From the NCBI GenBank assembly GCA_003344405.1, contig NOWV01000018.1:186001-250000 (forward strand): a DNA stretch of 64,000 nt, given 5' to 3'. The DNA comes from Trichoplax sp. H2. Its lineage: Eukaryota. The notes beneath the pieces are model-generated. The model was given only the letters and a program-made list of their open reading frames with translations. It ran no database searches and was not told the DNA's origin. This document shows, one piece after another, positions 1 to 12,352 of the stretch; position 1 is the first letter of the stretch, and every line of letters starts with the position of its first letter. Both the position numbers and the translations under genes were made by a program.

Positions 1-3
1 TAG

Positions 4-3000
4 ATAAGCTTCACCAACCGACAAGAAATCAAGATTCGCAAGAACTTTTACCTAATTTCAAGGTATGAAATCTTAATCAAATTAAAAGCAAGAATGTAAC
101 ACTAGCACAATACTGTAAATGTTGATTTAAAGTAGTAACTACTACATCAAGTTAAAAATTGTAATAAAATCTTAAAATGCATTATTCAATTTCACACTAT
201 TACTTTACCTGATATTCAATCGTGCAGTATTGTATATTATCAACCCATGTATATCTTTATAGTATATGTTATACGGTATTACTATTAGGGTATGCTTCTT
301 TCATATAGTAACAAAAGACAACGATTATTTATATACTTCCTATATCACTTCTAAATCTATCTAAATTTCTCCTGCAGATTTCCAAGATTGCCAATTGTAC
401 CCAAAAGTCTCAATTAGTCAATTTACTGGTAGTAGCACTTCAAGGTGATTGAACAATTAATGTAATTAACCTCAAGTAACATGAAACTTTCTTCTTTCTA
501 GTATAAAAACAAATTACTTTAATAAATACCTTATTTGCAATCCTTTAATTGTCAAATTTTAGTGAATCCAGCTCACGAAATTCAAACTAAATCAGGCAAA
601 AATGTAAGTTTAAGCAATACACCAAGCTTGCTTTTACAGTTAATGTATTAGCTACATAAATAAAATGCTAATTTTAGGCAGGACAGATGATTTTAATTGG
701 ATCTATGCTAGTTGGTGACCCAACTCAGAGTTATTTTAAGGTGAAAAAATAATGCCGTTAATGCAATATAGCAATTATAATAACTATGACTGCTAAGATT
801 CAAACTTCCTAGGCTTCTTTCTACACTTAGATTACACTCTGGAGACAAAATACTGCATGGCTTGAAAGGATAAGCCTCGGAGATATTCTATTACTTGCAG
901 GTTTAGGATCATATTTCATATCGTAGATGGATAATAAAAACTTTATGTCAAAATCTATTTTTTTCGAACCTTTTGTGATTATAAATACGAGAAAAAAATA
1001 ACAGTCGTCTATACTTGCAATTAATACGGATATCTTTTACATATCCTCACTTGATGTAATACTTCAACCCCTAGATTTAGAAGTCGACGAGTGGCGTGGA
1101 AAATATTTTGCTCAAAGTATTCATTCTTCCTGGGTAGTTAACCTTCATAAATGTAGAGATATAACTGGTAAAAGAGGTTAGCTATCAATTTTTCTAATAT
1201 AAATATTATAAGCTAAAATATCAGTGCTCTTCAGGATAGTACAAACCATTTTTAATACAAATCCTCATATATATCGTAAATTCCTTTTTCCAATACTTAG
1301 TTAGACATTATATTCCATCAAAAACCATGGATGATGTTTACACATGGGCATCGAATTACTTGCCACATATATATAATACAAATGATCAATCAACCTTGCA
1401 AGTACAAAGCAAAGGTAATTCACCCTCGTCACTATAGCTATATATGTGTTTCATCTAGTAATTCTAGTAATATCGTCTACCTGATGTTTTGATATTCAAG
1501 GAGAGGTTCAATTTGTTACTTACAAGAGCTTAACTCAGGACGTTGTAGTTCATTTCAAGGCCAAGTTGCTATCGATCAAATGCTATACTAGTAAATAAAT
1601 AAAAGCACTATTTCTACACGTAATGTAAAAATTAACTCGCTCTTTCTTACCAGTTGTTTTATCTTGTATTAATAATGCACTCTAGTTGGAAATGTTACCT
1701 ATCAGTATGAAACTAAGCGCCTCCCAAAAATGGTTGCTAGTAAGTTGAAAATAGTAATAACAGTTCAAATTTTAATTTCGCTCATATTTTCATTCTCTAT
1801 TTTAGCATTAGCGGAATCATCTGTACAAAGAATTAAACTACAACTGTAAGTGAACGATCTTAAGAAATGTTTATGGTGAATATAAATATATCACTTCATA
1901 TATAACTGTATTGCAGTTGGGGCAGACAGGCTAGATGGTTCTCAGAATTAAGAGCTAATATCAATCGAGTTTGGAAGTGGTCCTTTCTACATGTTCACTA
2001 TGATGAGGTTACAGGTAAACCCTCCGTAGACTATTACTTTAGGATACAATTTTGCGTATGATCATATGAACTGGAGGTTTTAAACTGCTGTTGATTATAT
2101 TACCATTCTTACCATCTTATGTATCCCTTAACTAGATAACTACGTACTTAATACAACTCCAATATCTGAAAAATCTTTATTAGATGATAAGTCTTCCGAA
2201 GCAGTAGATATTAATCGAGTATGTTTCGTTGACCATATTACAAATTTACTATTACCAGTCTAATTTATTTCTTTAATATCTGTTTTAGAAATGTGATAAT
2301 TACGGGCTGGAATTACAGAGCATTAAACAAATGTTATCAATATCACTACAATGTACAATAAAACATTGATATATGTTAATTTATTACGCTTGCTATTTTT
2401 TTGAGAAATTTTTTTATGATAATATATCAAATTCTACATGACTACATGCATTCATTCCATCTATCCGTTTATTTTATGATGCAGCTGTCATTATTTTATC
2501 TGCTAATATCAAACTACTCAGGTAATAATATTGTCATTATTTAAATAAATATGAGTACTAGCTTACGTTGTATTCTATATATGTTCGCTATAACCTAACT
2601 TTATTGTGAATTAATATCGCAGGTTTCAAAATAAAAGTGGAAGATATCGTAATATTTCACTCGAAACAAAAGCTTCGTATGAAGACTTGGTATACGCACT
2701 TATAGATTAATAAATTAATCTGCAACTATTTCTCGTTTCCCCTCCTAATCCATACTAAACTCGTCATTAGAGTAAGCAAATGACAAACTTCACTTACGTG
2801 GGATGTTCACTATGCTCGAAAATGCTACCACAAGTAATGCTTCAGGAGGGATAATCTTTTTTAATTAAATTATAATTATCAAGGCGATGTATTACATTAC
2901 TGCCAATTTCAAATATACTTTCTTTAGGATAAGAATGAAGTTTATAAACAATGTGCGCAATGTATCCGTGAAGAGCAGGGTATACAATAAACTAATTTAT

Positions 3001-3860
3001 TAATAATATATTAAGCTACTCCTGTAATATTAAATGTTTCTATAATAATCATTATATTTATAGCCTTTATCCCTGCAACCATAACTCGGTGCTACCGGTA
3101 ACGCTAACTTGCACTAAATTATTGATTTGCGTTTTAACAATTATCTCTTCATAAACTATATCCAATACTGCATTAGCATACATTTAAAAGTAATATCAGT
3201 AGTGCATTGTATATTTAATTTTTATATTTTTATTTAATAATTGTCCTAGAGATTTATTGTAATCATAATATACGTAATTCTTTGTTTGATCCATATATCT
3301 AGGCCGATAACTATAGTCTTAACAGACGGCCAACAAGATGTTAGTCTAACGGCATCAAATGAAGCAATCGTCAAGGTAAAAAATGTAAAATCATTTCTTT
3401 ATAACAAAAGAGTTCAATCGCGTTTAGTACCATTACATCAGTGTATGTTATATAAATTTATCCTATCTTTATAATAATTTTATTCCGAAAATTTAGTTAT
3501 TCTTGAATGTCCCAGCAAATTCCTTAACCAAACGGCTTCATCCGGAATCAAATATAACGGTATGGCTATAGTAATTTTATATTATGATGTACGAGTATAC
3601 AATCGTATTTGCGGTTAAATAATATAAACTTCGTACCTTTCTATGTAAAGATTAAAAAGTTATAATTTTGCTTATGTAACGCCTTTTAATTACATAATCT
3701 TATACACTTTTAGTATGCAGAGGTAATTGCTGATCTTTGTCGACATATGGTGAAATCATGCAACTCGATGAAATTTCGCATTAATTGCACTGTTACTCAA
3801 GATGATAATGGCTTTATAGTTTCACGGCGATACGAACTACATGACGTTATATCACATTAG
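4..3860 (+). CDS. SHLD2: Shieldin complex subunit 2 (FAM35A)-like OB-fold ssDNA-binding protein, 5'-truncated, ~21 short exons
   Basis: Manual GT-AG splicing gives a continuous frame. Approximate exons: 4-62, 378-444, 563-603, 678-740, 831-900, 1075-~1170, 1301-1413, 1501-1590, 1686-1739, 1807-1845, 1917-2014, 2136-2218, 2289-2352, 2486-2521, 2623-2690, 2771-2833, 2928-2979, 3064-3097, 3303-3375, 3497-3559, 3714-3860 (TAG 3858-3860). Translation includes NCTQKSQLVNLLVVALQVNPAHEIQTKSGKNAG...ITLWRQNTAWLERISLGDILLLAD...LWGRQARWFSEL...VWKWSFLHV...VLNTTP...YVGCSLCSKMLPQDKNEVYKQCAQC...YRPITIVLTDG...LFLNVPA...ITYAEVIADL...DDNG. These blocks are colinear with the vertebrate SHLD2 C-terminus as recalled (VFLWR..AFW..LGDIILLTD, LVLWG..AAW, ELHTTP, YTGCAKC...IYKQCFSC, YRPALMTIADG, ITYGMVVADL, DEN). 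Confidence 0.82.
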
Positions 3861-4091
3861 TAACTTTATAATTCTTAATGTAACTAGCAATAACTAACAT
3901 ATACATTTAATAGTATAATGAATCCGAGTACTTAACCATCTATTACTGAAATTATTATAATGTTATACACTGTATAAACGATATTCAACAGTATGCAAAT
4001 CAAAATATATATACAAGAGTCTCATTATTAAAATGCGACTAAATTTCGTGTATAGTAACCAAATTATTTTGTATATAGTAACCAAAGTAAT

Positions 4092-7000
4092 TTACAATGC
4101 TTTCGATCCAATGGCTAGAATATATAAGCAATAAAAAATTCATTAGCTAGTGATTCTAATATAACTGGTAGTAGAGATTTTGCAATTTATAGTACCTTTC
4201 ACATGGCAAACATCAACATCAATTCCCCAGTTAACAATTCTATCAATCCAGAGTATTTGCTTGGTTGAAAGACGATCGTTCGGCCCTTTTACTTCCGCAA
4301 ACTAATCACGAAAATAGTAACGTGACTATCACCCCATTGAAAGTGCCTAAAATGTAAAAGTACTTACTTTAACTTTTTTCGTCTCTTTATTCCATAAAAC
4401 TAAATCTGGAAGGCCACCTGCTGCAAAGCTCTTAGAAAAACGCTCACATAGATCCGCCAAAATTTCACCACCAAAACATACCGCTAAACTCTACGAATAG
4501 TAGTATTTACTTACTATCGGTTTACAATATTAACTAAATTATGGCAATGTTACTGAAGTTAATATTACTATTATGTGTTTATATTCACCTGAACTTGGGG
4601 TAAACCATTGGGAAATCGTTCCCAGTTAATGCCTACACATATTCTGCCTTCATATCTTGTCCAAGTACTCTTAATCATGTCCTCAATACCCTATAAATAA
4701 TTATTAACAGTGAATGCGCTTTCAATTTTCGTTAATCAATATTTATAATCCTATCGAGCTATCTTACCTGATCATCACTTTCTCTTATTAGTCGTAGCTT
4801 TTCTTCAATTATATCCTTACGGTTCGAATAAAATCCTCCATGCATCAAATCCAAAGGAGCACTCTATAAATGATTATAAACTGGTATTTACTATATCACA
4901 ACTACCTCTTTAATATTAATATTAATCCTACGTGAATTCTAGCAGTTCCCACAAATACCTGAAATGGATGTCGAAAAACATCTGGCACGCCTGGAGTAAA
5001 TAAAATATCCCACATGAGCAACGTGTATAGCGTTGATAATGTCGCACCCTCTGCATGCAAACCATCTGTAAATCCTTCATTATCTAAGTAATGGTATAAA
5101 GCCAATTCCTCAACGGAACAAAGAAAGCTGCAATCTTCACCAGGGCGAATAAATACGGATTTATAACCAGACCCTACTGCCGGGTAAAGACGACCAGTTA
5201 TTGTAATCTGGAAAGTGAGAGAACAGAATTTAATTATTATGGTAAACATTGGTAGGATAAGTTAATGGCCACATTTCAAGATAAGTAATGCATTTTTACT
5301 GATAATATATAAATCGCACATGATTCGCATCTTTCAAGTTGATTTGAGGAATGTCTTGTCTATATATATGAAGTTTCTTATTACTTGGTGAATTACAAAG
5401 TCTAATTCCACGTTGTTGAAGAGCTAGTTTACGTCCTCCTCCAATACATGGATCTACAAGAGCTTCTTTGACGGCATTAAGGCTCTGAGATAAAAGGATT
5501 CAGAGCAAAAATTTGTGAAAAGATTTAACTACTATTCCGTTACAAGGTTTATTATAAATATGAAATCTAACGAATCTGCTGCATTACATACAAGTTCTGG
5601 CTGCTTCAAATGTTGTTCTAGAATTAGAGCTAATCGATCCCACCATTTTCCACGTCGTACGTTACAGAATACTTTCTGTTGTAACAAATATTGCAATTCC
5701 ATGGAAGCTTCCTTGTACATTCGTTTTTTTTCTAATAATCCAATACCCGACGATAAAATCTGGCAGCAAACCCATCCAGGGGTGTATTGCATAAGATAAC
5801 TTGGCAGCTGCCTCCCAATAAAATTCTCATCATTGAGCAAGTCATTGATAATAGACTTGCAATCATCATAAACATCATGATACAACTGTAACGCCGTATC
5901 GACATCTCCTCTAGCAAATGCTTCATTAATATCATAGTACTGTTGTAGCTTGCTATCATATCTAATGAAAATACAAGACATCTTTAGAAAATATACAGAA
6001 AGACTTAATAATCGATATTATGAATGATATTGACTCGCAGGTCCCTTACGTGATAAAATCTTCACGGCATGTAAATACTGGCGTAGGTCGATATATTTCA
6101 TATTCAGGGTATACAAGCCTACCAAAATTTACCATCATCAGTTGCGCCCTATAATGTTGACAAAAGACCATAAAATTAATACTGATACTATTGACCCATA
6201 TCAGTATTACGTACTACCTTATTTAAATTACTTACATTTGAGCATGTCCTCCATTAGCTAAGTCATCGTCATATGTCGCCGACGTAAGAGCAAACAATAA
6301 CGACATACGATTAAAAACACATCGAGGATGCTTCTGTAATCGGATGCACAATCCCAAAACCGATTTCGCTCTACCATTACAAAATGGAAATGTTAATAAC
6401 TCATGTATTCAGTTGCAATGCAGGATTATACCTAAAATAGGAATGCACTGGTAGAAGCATTACCGTTTTATAACACTCCGTGTGATTCCTGATACTCCTT
6501 CCACTTGTTGTCCATATACACCCCTTTGTTGACGACCAAGCTTTTTTAAAGCCTCAATAATATTATTTTTCGATCCAGACTTAACATGGTACATTTTAGC
6601 TAACTTTTTTACTTCTGGGCCAGGTAATAAATTTAAGATATCTTCCATATCGGTCAAGGAGTCGTCTAATTGCAAGAAAATCATTAAATATCAAATTTTA
6701 TTGCTACAGACTAACGAATTCCTTAGAATTAGTACCTACGCAAGAACGGTTGATGCAATTTTTGTTTAAGATCATAAATTCTGTGCACTAATTCTATACC
6801 CTTTAATGTTTAATTTTGTATTGATAACGCATATCTAGTTTAAAGCTAACAGACTGATAGTATAATAACAAAGCTTATTTTTATGTTAATTAGTCCATAA
6901 AATAGCAAAATGAATCCATTAAAAATTTATAGTAGGTAAAATAGTTTGTATGCACGTACTACAAATCATCATTATAAAATTTATTTTACATACCATCTTC

Positions 7001-8653
7001 CACTAAACCAGCATTCCTCAATTGCTCGATGTCACTACTAAGATCTTCCCTGATGTCGGGATATTTCAACTTACTGCATTGGAACCAAGTGTATACGCGT
7101 AAAAATAAACGCACGTATAACTTTTGAGCAGAAACTATAAATCAATTGAAGGACAAGACATGTACGTGCTTGTTAGTAACAAAGGGATGGACTAAATTCG
7201 TGATTGAGCAAAGTTCTTATAAATTTTATTTAAATTGCTATTTGAAAATACCTGATAAATTGTAAAAGCTGTCTACAGCAACTAAATCTTCATCATTAAA
7301 AAGGCAAACATCGTCTTTACAGTTTCGTACTGTCTGGATTATAATGTTAAAGTTACTTAAGTAATACGGCAGGTAAGGCTCTTTTTGAGACGTTTGATGG
7401 GTTTGATCATCGTTTTGTGGAATACCAGCTGGTGCTGAAACAGGTGTAAGTTCTTCCGATTTTTCTACTTTTACCATTGATTGCGGCCCTACATCGATTT
7501 TCTCCTGACTTGCAATTACTACAGCCGTTGACGGGCTTGCACTCTGTATAGAGGATGCAATCTCATTTGTAGATGGCTTTATTACAGTAGGATTAGTTGA
7601 AGTATGACATTCGTCTTGTGCTAATACCTGACAATCTGATTGTTGTATTTTATTCTCCTCCAAGCATACCTGGTTATTTTGACGAGGGCTACTGTTAGAC
7701 ATATCGCTTTGATTACTATATTTTACCTTAGGCTTCATATTCTCTTCCCGAATCGTATTAGTTCTACCACCTCTACCTTTAATGTCAACACCCTTATGGT
7801 TAGCTTTATCTTTAGTAATAACAGATCTACTTGAATCGACTGTTAACGATGGACTTGTGTTCTGTATAGTTGATGTAATCTCATTCGTAGGCGGTGTTAT
7901 CACGATAGAGCTAGTAGAAGTATGATGATCGTCTTGTACTAATACCTGGCAATCTAACTGTTGCGTTTTATCCCCCTCTAAGGATGTTGTGCTGTCTTGC
8001 AACAGGGTTTTATTAGCCATATCGTCATGATTACTGTGTTTACCCTTATATGTTGCTTTAGTCCTATCATCTTTACCTTTAGCGTTAGTAACGCGACGAG
8101 TAATTTTGCTTTTAGCACTAATAGATCTCCTCGAATCAATTGTTGATGACGGACTTGTACATTCCATAAGTGATAAATTCTCCATTCTCGATGATCTCGT
8201 CACCATAAGATCAGTAGAAGTATGACATTTGTCTTTTGCTAACTCCTGATAATCGAATCGCTGCGTGTTATCCTTCTGCAAGCATGCTTGGCTACTCTCA
8301 CAATTAGCTCCATTATCCTGATCGTTATGTTTTAACTTATTCTCTTTCAAAATCGCTTTTGTTTTGTCATCTTTGCCTTGAATGTTAGTAGATCGATTTA
8401 CAGCTTTACCTTTCCTATTGGCAGATACCACTGCATCATCAGTCAGCTGATGATTTTGATGTTTATCAAAATACTTGCTAATTTTAGCCTGTACACGACT
8501 TACAACCGATGCTTGAGCAGGTGAAGGATCTGCAGGTAAATCTTCCTCTGTCAAGTCAATGACCACAACTGATTTATTACTTTCAGATTCTTCATATTTC
8601 CTCTTCCTTTCTTGTTTTAGTTTCAGGCTTAATCGAGTTGAAATTGCCGCCAT
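4092..8653 (-). CDS. FAN1: Fanconi-associated nuclease 1 (SAP, TPR, VRR-NUC domains), ~13 exons
   Basis: Conserved motifs PYYLSNF, QKLYVRLFLR, RRGKWWDRLAL, CSVEELALYHY..GLHAEG, LLMWDILF..VFRHPFQ, GGLPDLVLW and FAEVKGPNDRLSTKQ (PD-(D/E)xK nuclease). The last mini-exon encodes AIGSKAL* with the stop at 4092-4094. Probable ATG at 8653 (MAAISTRLSLK); an alternative in-frame ATG lies at 8704. Exon 1 is ~1.4 kb (8653-7252). Confidence 0.95.
7520..8430 (-). repeat. Three degenerate ~300-bp (~100-aa) coding tandem repeats in FAN1 exon 1
   Basis: Recurrent (Q/K)G(K/R)(DD/GG)xT...QxxDxQxLxxDxxHTST...(T/A)SPS units. The DNA anchor gtatgacattcgtcttgtgctaatacctg and its variants occur near 7603, 7920 and 8220. 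Confidence 0.9.
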
Positions 8654-8705
8654 TGATTGCCAGGTTGATTGCCAAGTGCAGCCTTCGATTTGGTGCGCAG
8701 TCATG

Positions 8706-8832
8706 GTACCGTACAGTACGGTACAGTGTACAGTGTACAGTGTACAGTACTATAGACAAATTGGGCATACTGTACAGTACTGTACAGTACACTGTACAGT
8801 ATACTGTAGTATTGTACAGTACAAATGGTACG
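8706..8832. promoter_or_regulatory. TACAG/CTGTA palindromic repeat array in the FAN1/PPCDC divergent promoter
   Basis: (TACAGTG)n run plus a perfect 22-bp palindrome TACTGTACAGTACTGTACAGTA at 8768-8789, inside the ~460-bp head-to-head gap. Promoter function is inferred from position. Confidence 0.7.
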
Positions 8833-9111
8833 TATGGTCGCATACTTATCTATGGCAATAGAGGTACGCAAACAGGACAATTATGCACGTTAATATCATA
8901 CATTTTCTGAAGGGCTGCGATAATGGTATAAATCTCCAAGGAGAGCAGGATCTTGCCGGATGAATGAGGTAGCAAAGGATCGCCCTGTAATGGCTACTAT
9001 GCTAAATAACTCCAGGATAGTCTTCGATAGAACTGATTTACAACAGGAATCGATAATTTCGTCCTATTTGCTAGCCCCTGTACTATCATAGGAACGGAAC
9101 AGCTCTTTGAG

Positions 9112-10805
9112 ATGGTAAATTTAATCCTTGGTGTGACTGGCAGTGTGGCGAGTATCAAATTGCCTGTGCTTTTACAAAGTCTACGAGCTGCAGCTGACAA
9201 TGTATGCAATTTTACATAATTAATCTTTTAAATTATCCTTTGAAATGATTCTCATACGGTCTGAGATGTAAATACATACTAACTAAAGGCTGTCTCTTAA
9301 GCTAATAATAGAATTAAAACGTAATTGATATGAAATGACTGATGTTTTCAAATCAGTACTGCCAGCAGTTCTGGATATCATTTAATACGATCAATACTAA
9401 CGTAAACATAAACTCAATTTATACTTTGTACTACCTTCGTCTAGCCTACGAGTAGGAGCTACAAAGGGTACCTTATAGTACTTAGTAGAGCTCTGTAGAC
9501 GATGTCAAAATTAAACTACACAGCGCTCATATTTACTAGTAAAGAATCGAGTAACAAATAACCTTACCACGCCTACAATCTTCAATCATAGCTTTAAATT
9601 TTCTTGTTTGTAAATGAAGCTCATTTTTATACGTAACACTATTAATAAATCGATGAATTAACTTGATAGAACATGGAGGTAATATTATACTTTAATTGAC
9701 TTTAAAATAGATCGAAATTAAAATTATTGCTACGACTCATTCCTTCCATTTTTTCGATCAACTATCCATTGATGCAAATATTTATAATGACGACGATGAA
9801 TGGCAGGTAACATAAGACAGATTGACTATCGTAACGTGGATGTCGCAACAATTTCCACAAGTTTAAGACACGACCTAAAATAATGAATGTGATTGTCATC
9901 TATTTGCATTAGTCCTTATCATGATGGCATCTCTTAGAGCTTTTTTCTTATAGATAGAAACAATTTATTATCATGTATAAGTAGTAATCATCCATTCTAC
10001 GCATCTATTGTATAACTTGATTTTGCAATCTTCCAGGCATGGAAACAGAAAGGTGATCCAGTCTTGCACATTGAGGTGAAAGTAACATTATAGAAGGATA
10101 ACATAGTGACAAGGATCGAACTGAAATAGTTCGTATTGACTTGTAATAATGTTTGATCTGCCCTTGCAACATAATTAGTTACGAAAATGGGCCGATATAA
10201 TGTTAATTGCACCATTAGACGCCAACACACTTGCAAAGATAGCCAACGGAATCTGTGATAATCTCTTAGTAAGACGTGCTCTATATTAGTTATAAATTAT
10301 ATACGGATATAATTTTATACTATTACAATTTAATTCAATATCTACAGTATGTATAAACATATAAATTCAATGCCATTCTAATCGCATCACAAATTATATT
10401 ATCAGTATTTAACCCTATTTACTGAGAAGAGATGCATGTGTTATATCTTCCATTTATGTGCATGTCTTATTACATGACAGACTTGCTTGATGAGAGCCTG
10501 GGATTTGAAACGACCAGTCATTTTCTGTCCAGCTATGAATACTCATATGTGGAAACATCCAATAACTAGTAATCATATAGCGATATTGAAAAATTTTGGA
10601 TACATTGAAGTCGAACCAATTGAGAAACGACTGGCATGTGGTGATACTGGTATTATACATTATGTCGCTAATCAACTTATTAACTTGAACTGTTTTAAGG
10701 TAACTTCTTTAATTTTTTCTACTAGGCATTGGTGCGATGGCTGATATCGAAAAAATTGTTGCAGTCGTTATGGATATCTTATCACAGCTAGACACAATAC
10801 GATAG
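9112..10805 (+). CDS. PPCDC: Phosphopantothenoylcysteine decarboxylase (HAL3-family flavoprotein, CoA biosynthesis), 6 exons
   Basis: MVNLILGVTGSVASIKLP; DEWQAWKQKGDPVLHIELRKWADIMLIAPLDANTLAKIANGICDNLLTC; PAMNTHMW; LACGDTGIGAM. Catalytic His and Cys are present. Stop TAG at 10803-10805. Confidence 0.95.
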
Positions 10806-11520
10806 CAAATGAGTTGTGTATAAGAAATGATTGAATTGTTTCAACTACTAGGATGAAACATAGGCAAAAATATCTATTGTCATGGAACTAAGATAATGTA
10901 CTAATATTTTAACTTTGATAGACAATCAAATCTTGTATCCGATACTAGTGAATGTAATTTTCTTTTCCTCCACTTAGTAGTTTTAAATTGCGTGCATTTC
11001 TTAATAATCTGAGATACGTTTATTGAATTACCTGTGGTTGCAAACTATAAGACATAATTTATTTATAAAATGACGCCTAAGAAATTGATTAGAATTTAGT
11101 CAAGATCTATTACAGTGCGGAGAAATGGAATTTCATTCATTTTCTGCAATACTTATTTAGATTGAATTAGATATCTTACAAGTTTTTTTACAGCAATTAT
11201 CCTCAAAACAGCATAAAATACTATCACATATTCTATAATATCTTGCAATAGACGATATACAACAAAAGTTGGAATAGCAAATATCTTTATAACGAAGTAT
11301 ACACTCTGATAATATTCTAAAAATTACAAATGCCTAATATTATTATATATTCTAATAAAATAGTCTATTTTGTGTCACTATCTCAGGAATAAGTCAATGC
11401 TAATGTACTCCGAAAACTATGCTCATTGTCATGTAGATTCTTCATAAGAAATTGCGGAAACATAGTTTAGTAGCAATTTTCACGCTTACAGATATTGTAG
11501 TTTAAGCTTCCAAAGAAGTA

Positions 11521-12352
11521 TTATTCACCAATATCTTCACTAAAACTTGCTTCCCCATAAATCTTGTATTCAGCAGCTAACCGATAAAACCGAATGATGA
11601 TAAAATAAATAAATTGCTATAACTTTACGATATCAACATAAACTTTCGAGAAAGCAAAACAGCCCAACCTTCATAAGCCTCCTTATGTTGACTTGCAATT
11701 TTTCGCTTAAGTATTCTATATTATAAATTGTTTCAATTTTAATCATTCACACTACGTGTAAAATGTCGCCCAATGCAAAGACTACTATATCAAAATTGGT
11801 TAGCTAAAAATATAATTATAATTCACCTAATTCTCTTAAATACATTATCAAGATCCTTTTTCATTTCTATAATTAAGTTGGTATGTTCTCTAAATTTCGG
11901 TAAGAAATCTTCGTACTGTCTTTTACCGACACGATTAAAGTTTTCGATCACCGCATTAGCTCTTTCGACACGACTTATCCTATCCATTAGACATAATAAA
12001 ATATAATAATAAGGATTTTAATAGGCATAAGACAATATATTAAACTGCTTTAAGCTGTATGAACTAATATGATTACTGCTGATATTGGCAAGGATAAATG
12101 CATAAGCTGCCTTTAAAATGGCATTTCAAATTGAACACATTACATGTCACGTTGTATCTTGATCGCTGAATCAACATCATCCTTGTCGAGAATATTGACA
12201 ACACTGCGACAGAATATTTCAGAGGCAGATGAATCATTCAAGTCTTGATCTTTTGGAGGCACTTCCGTTGAGCTTGTCGAGGCAAAGAGCGATGGGAACG
12301 AAGATGATAATTCCTTCACTTCGCCATCGCCTTGATCTTCAGCATCTGCCAT
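11521..12352 (-). CDS. KXD1: KxDL motif-containing protein 1 (BORC subunit), 4 coding exons
   Basis: Exon 1 MADAED...ASEIFCRSVVNILDKDDVDSAIKIQRDM; exon 2 ...FREHTNLIIEMKKDLDNVFKRIR (KxDL signature); exon 3 ILKRKIASQHKEAYE; exon 4 ends EDIGE* (TAA 11523-11521). Confidence 0.9.

Noticed and set aside
4146-4192. Alternative FAN1 C-terminus by read-through (GTINCKISTTSYIRITS*)
   Set aside because: A GT donor after CHVK and a downstream AIGSKAL* exon match the known FAN1 C-terminus better.
8559-8910. Overlapping ORFs rich in Y/S/T/V/Q/C (also at 13557-13844 and 47345-48112)
   Set aside because: Translation artefacts of the stop-poor TACAG/CTGTA repeats; no protein-like features.
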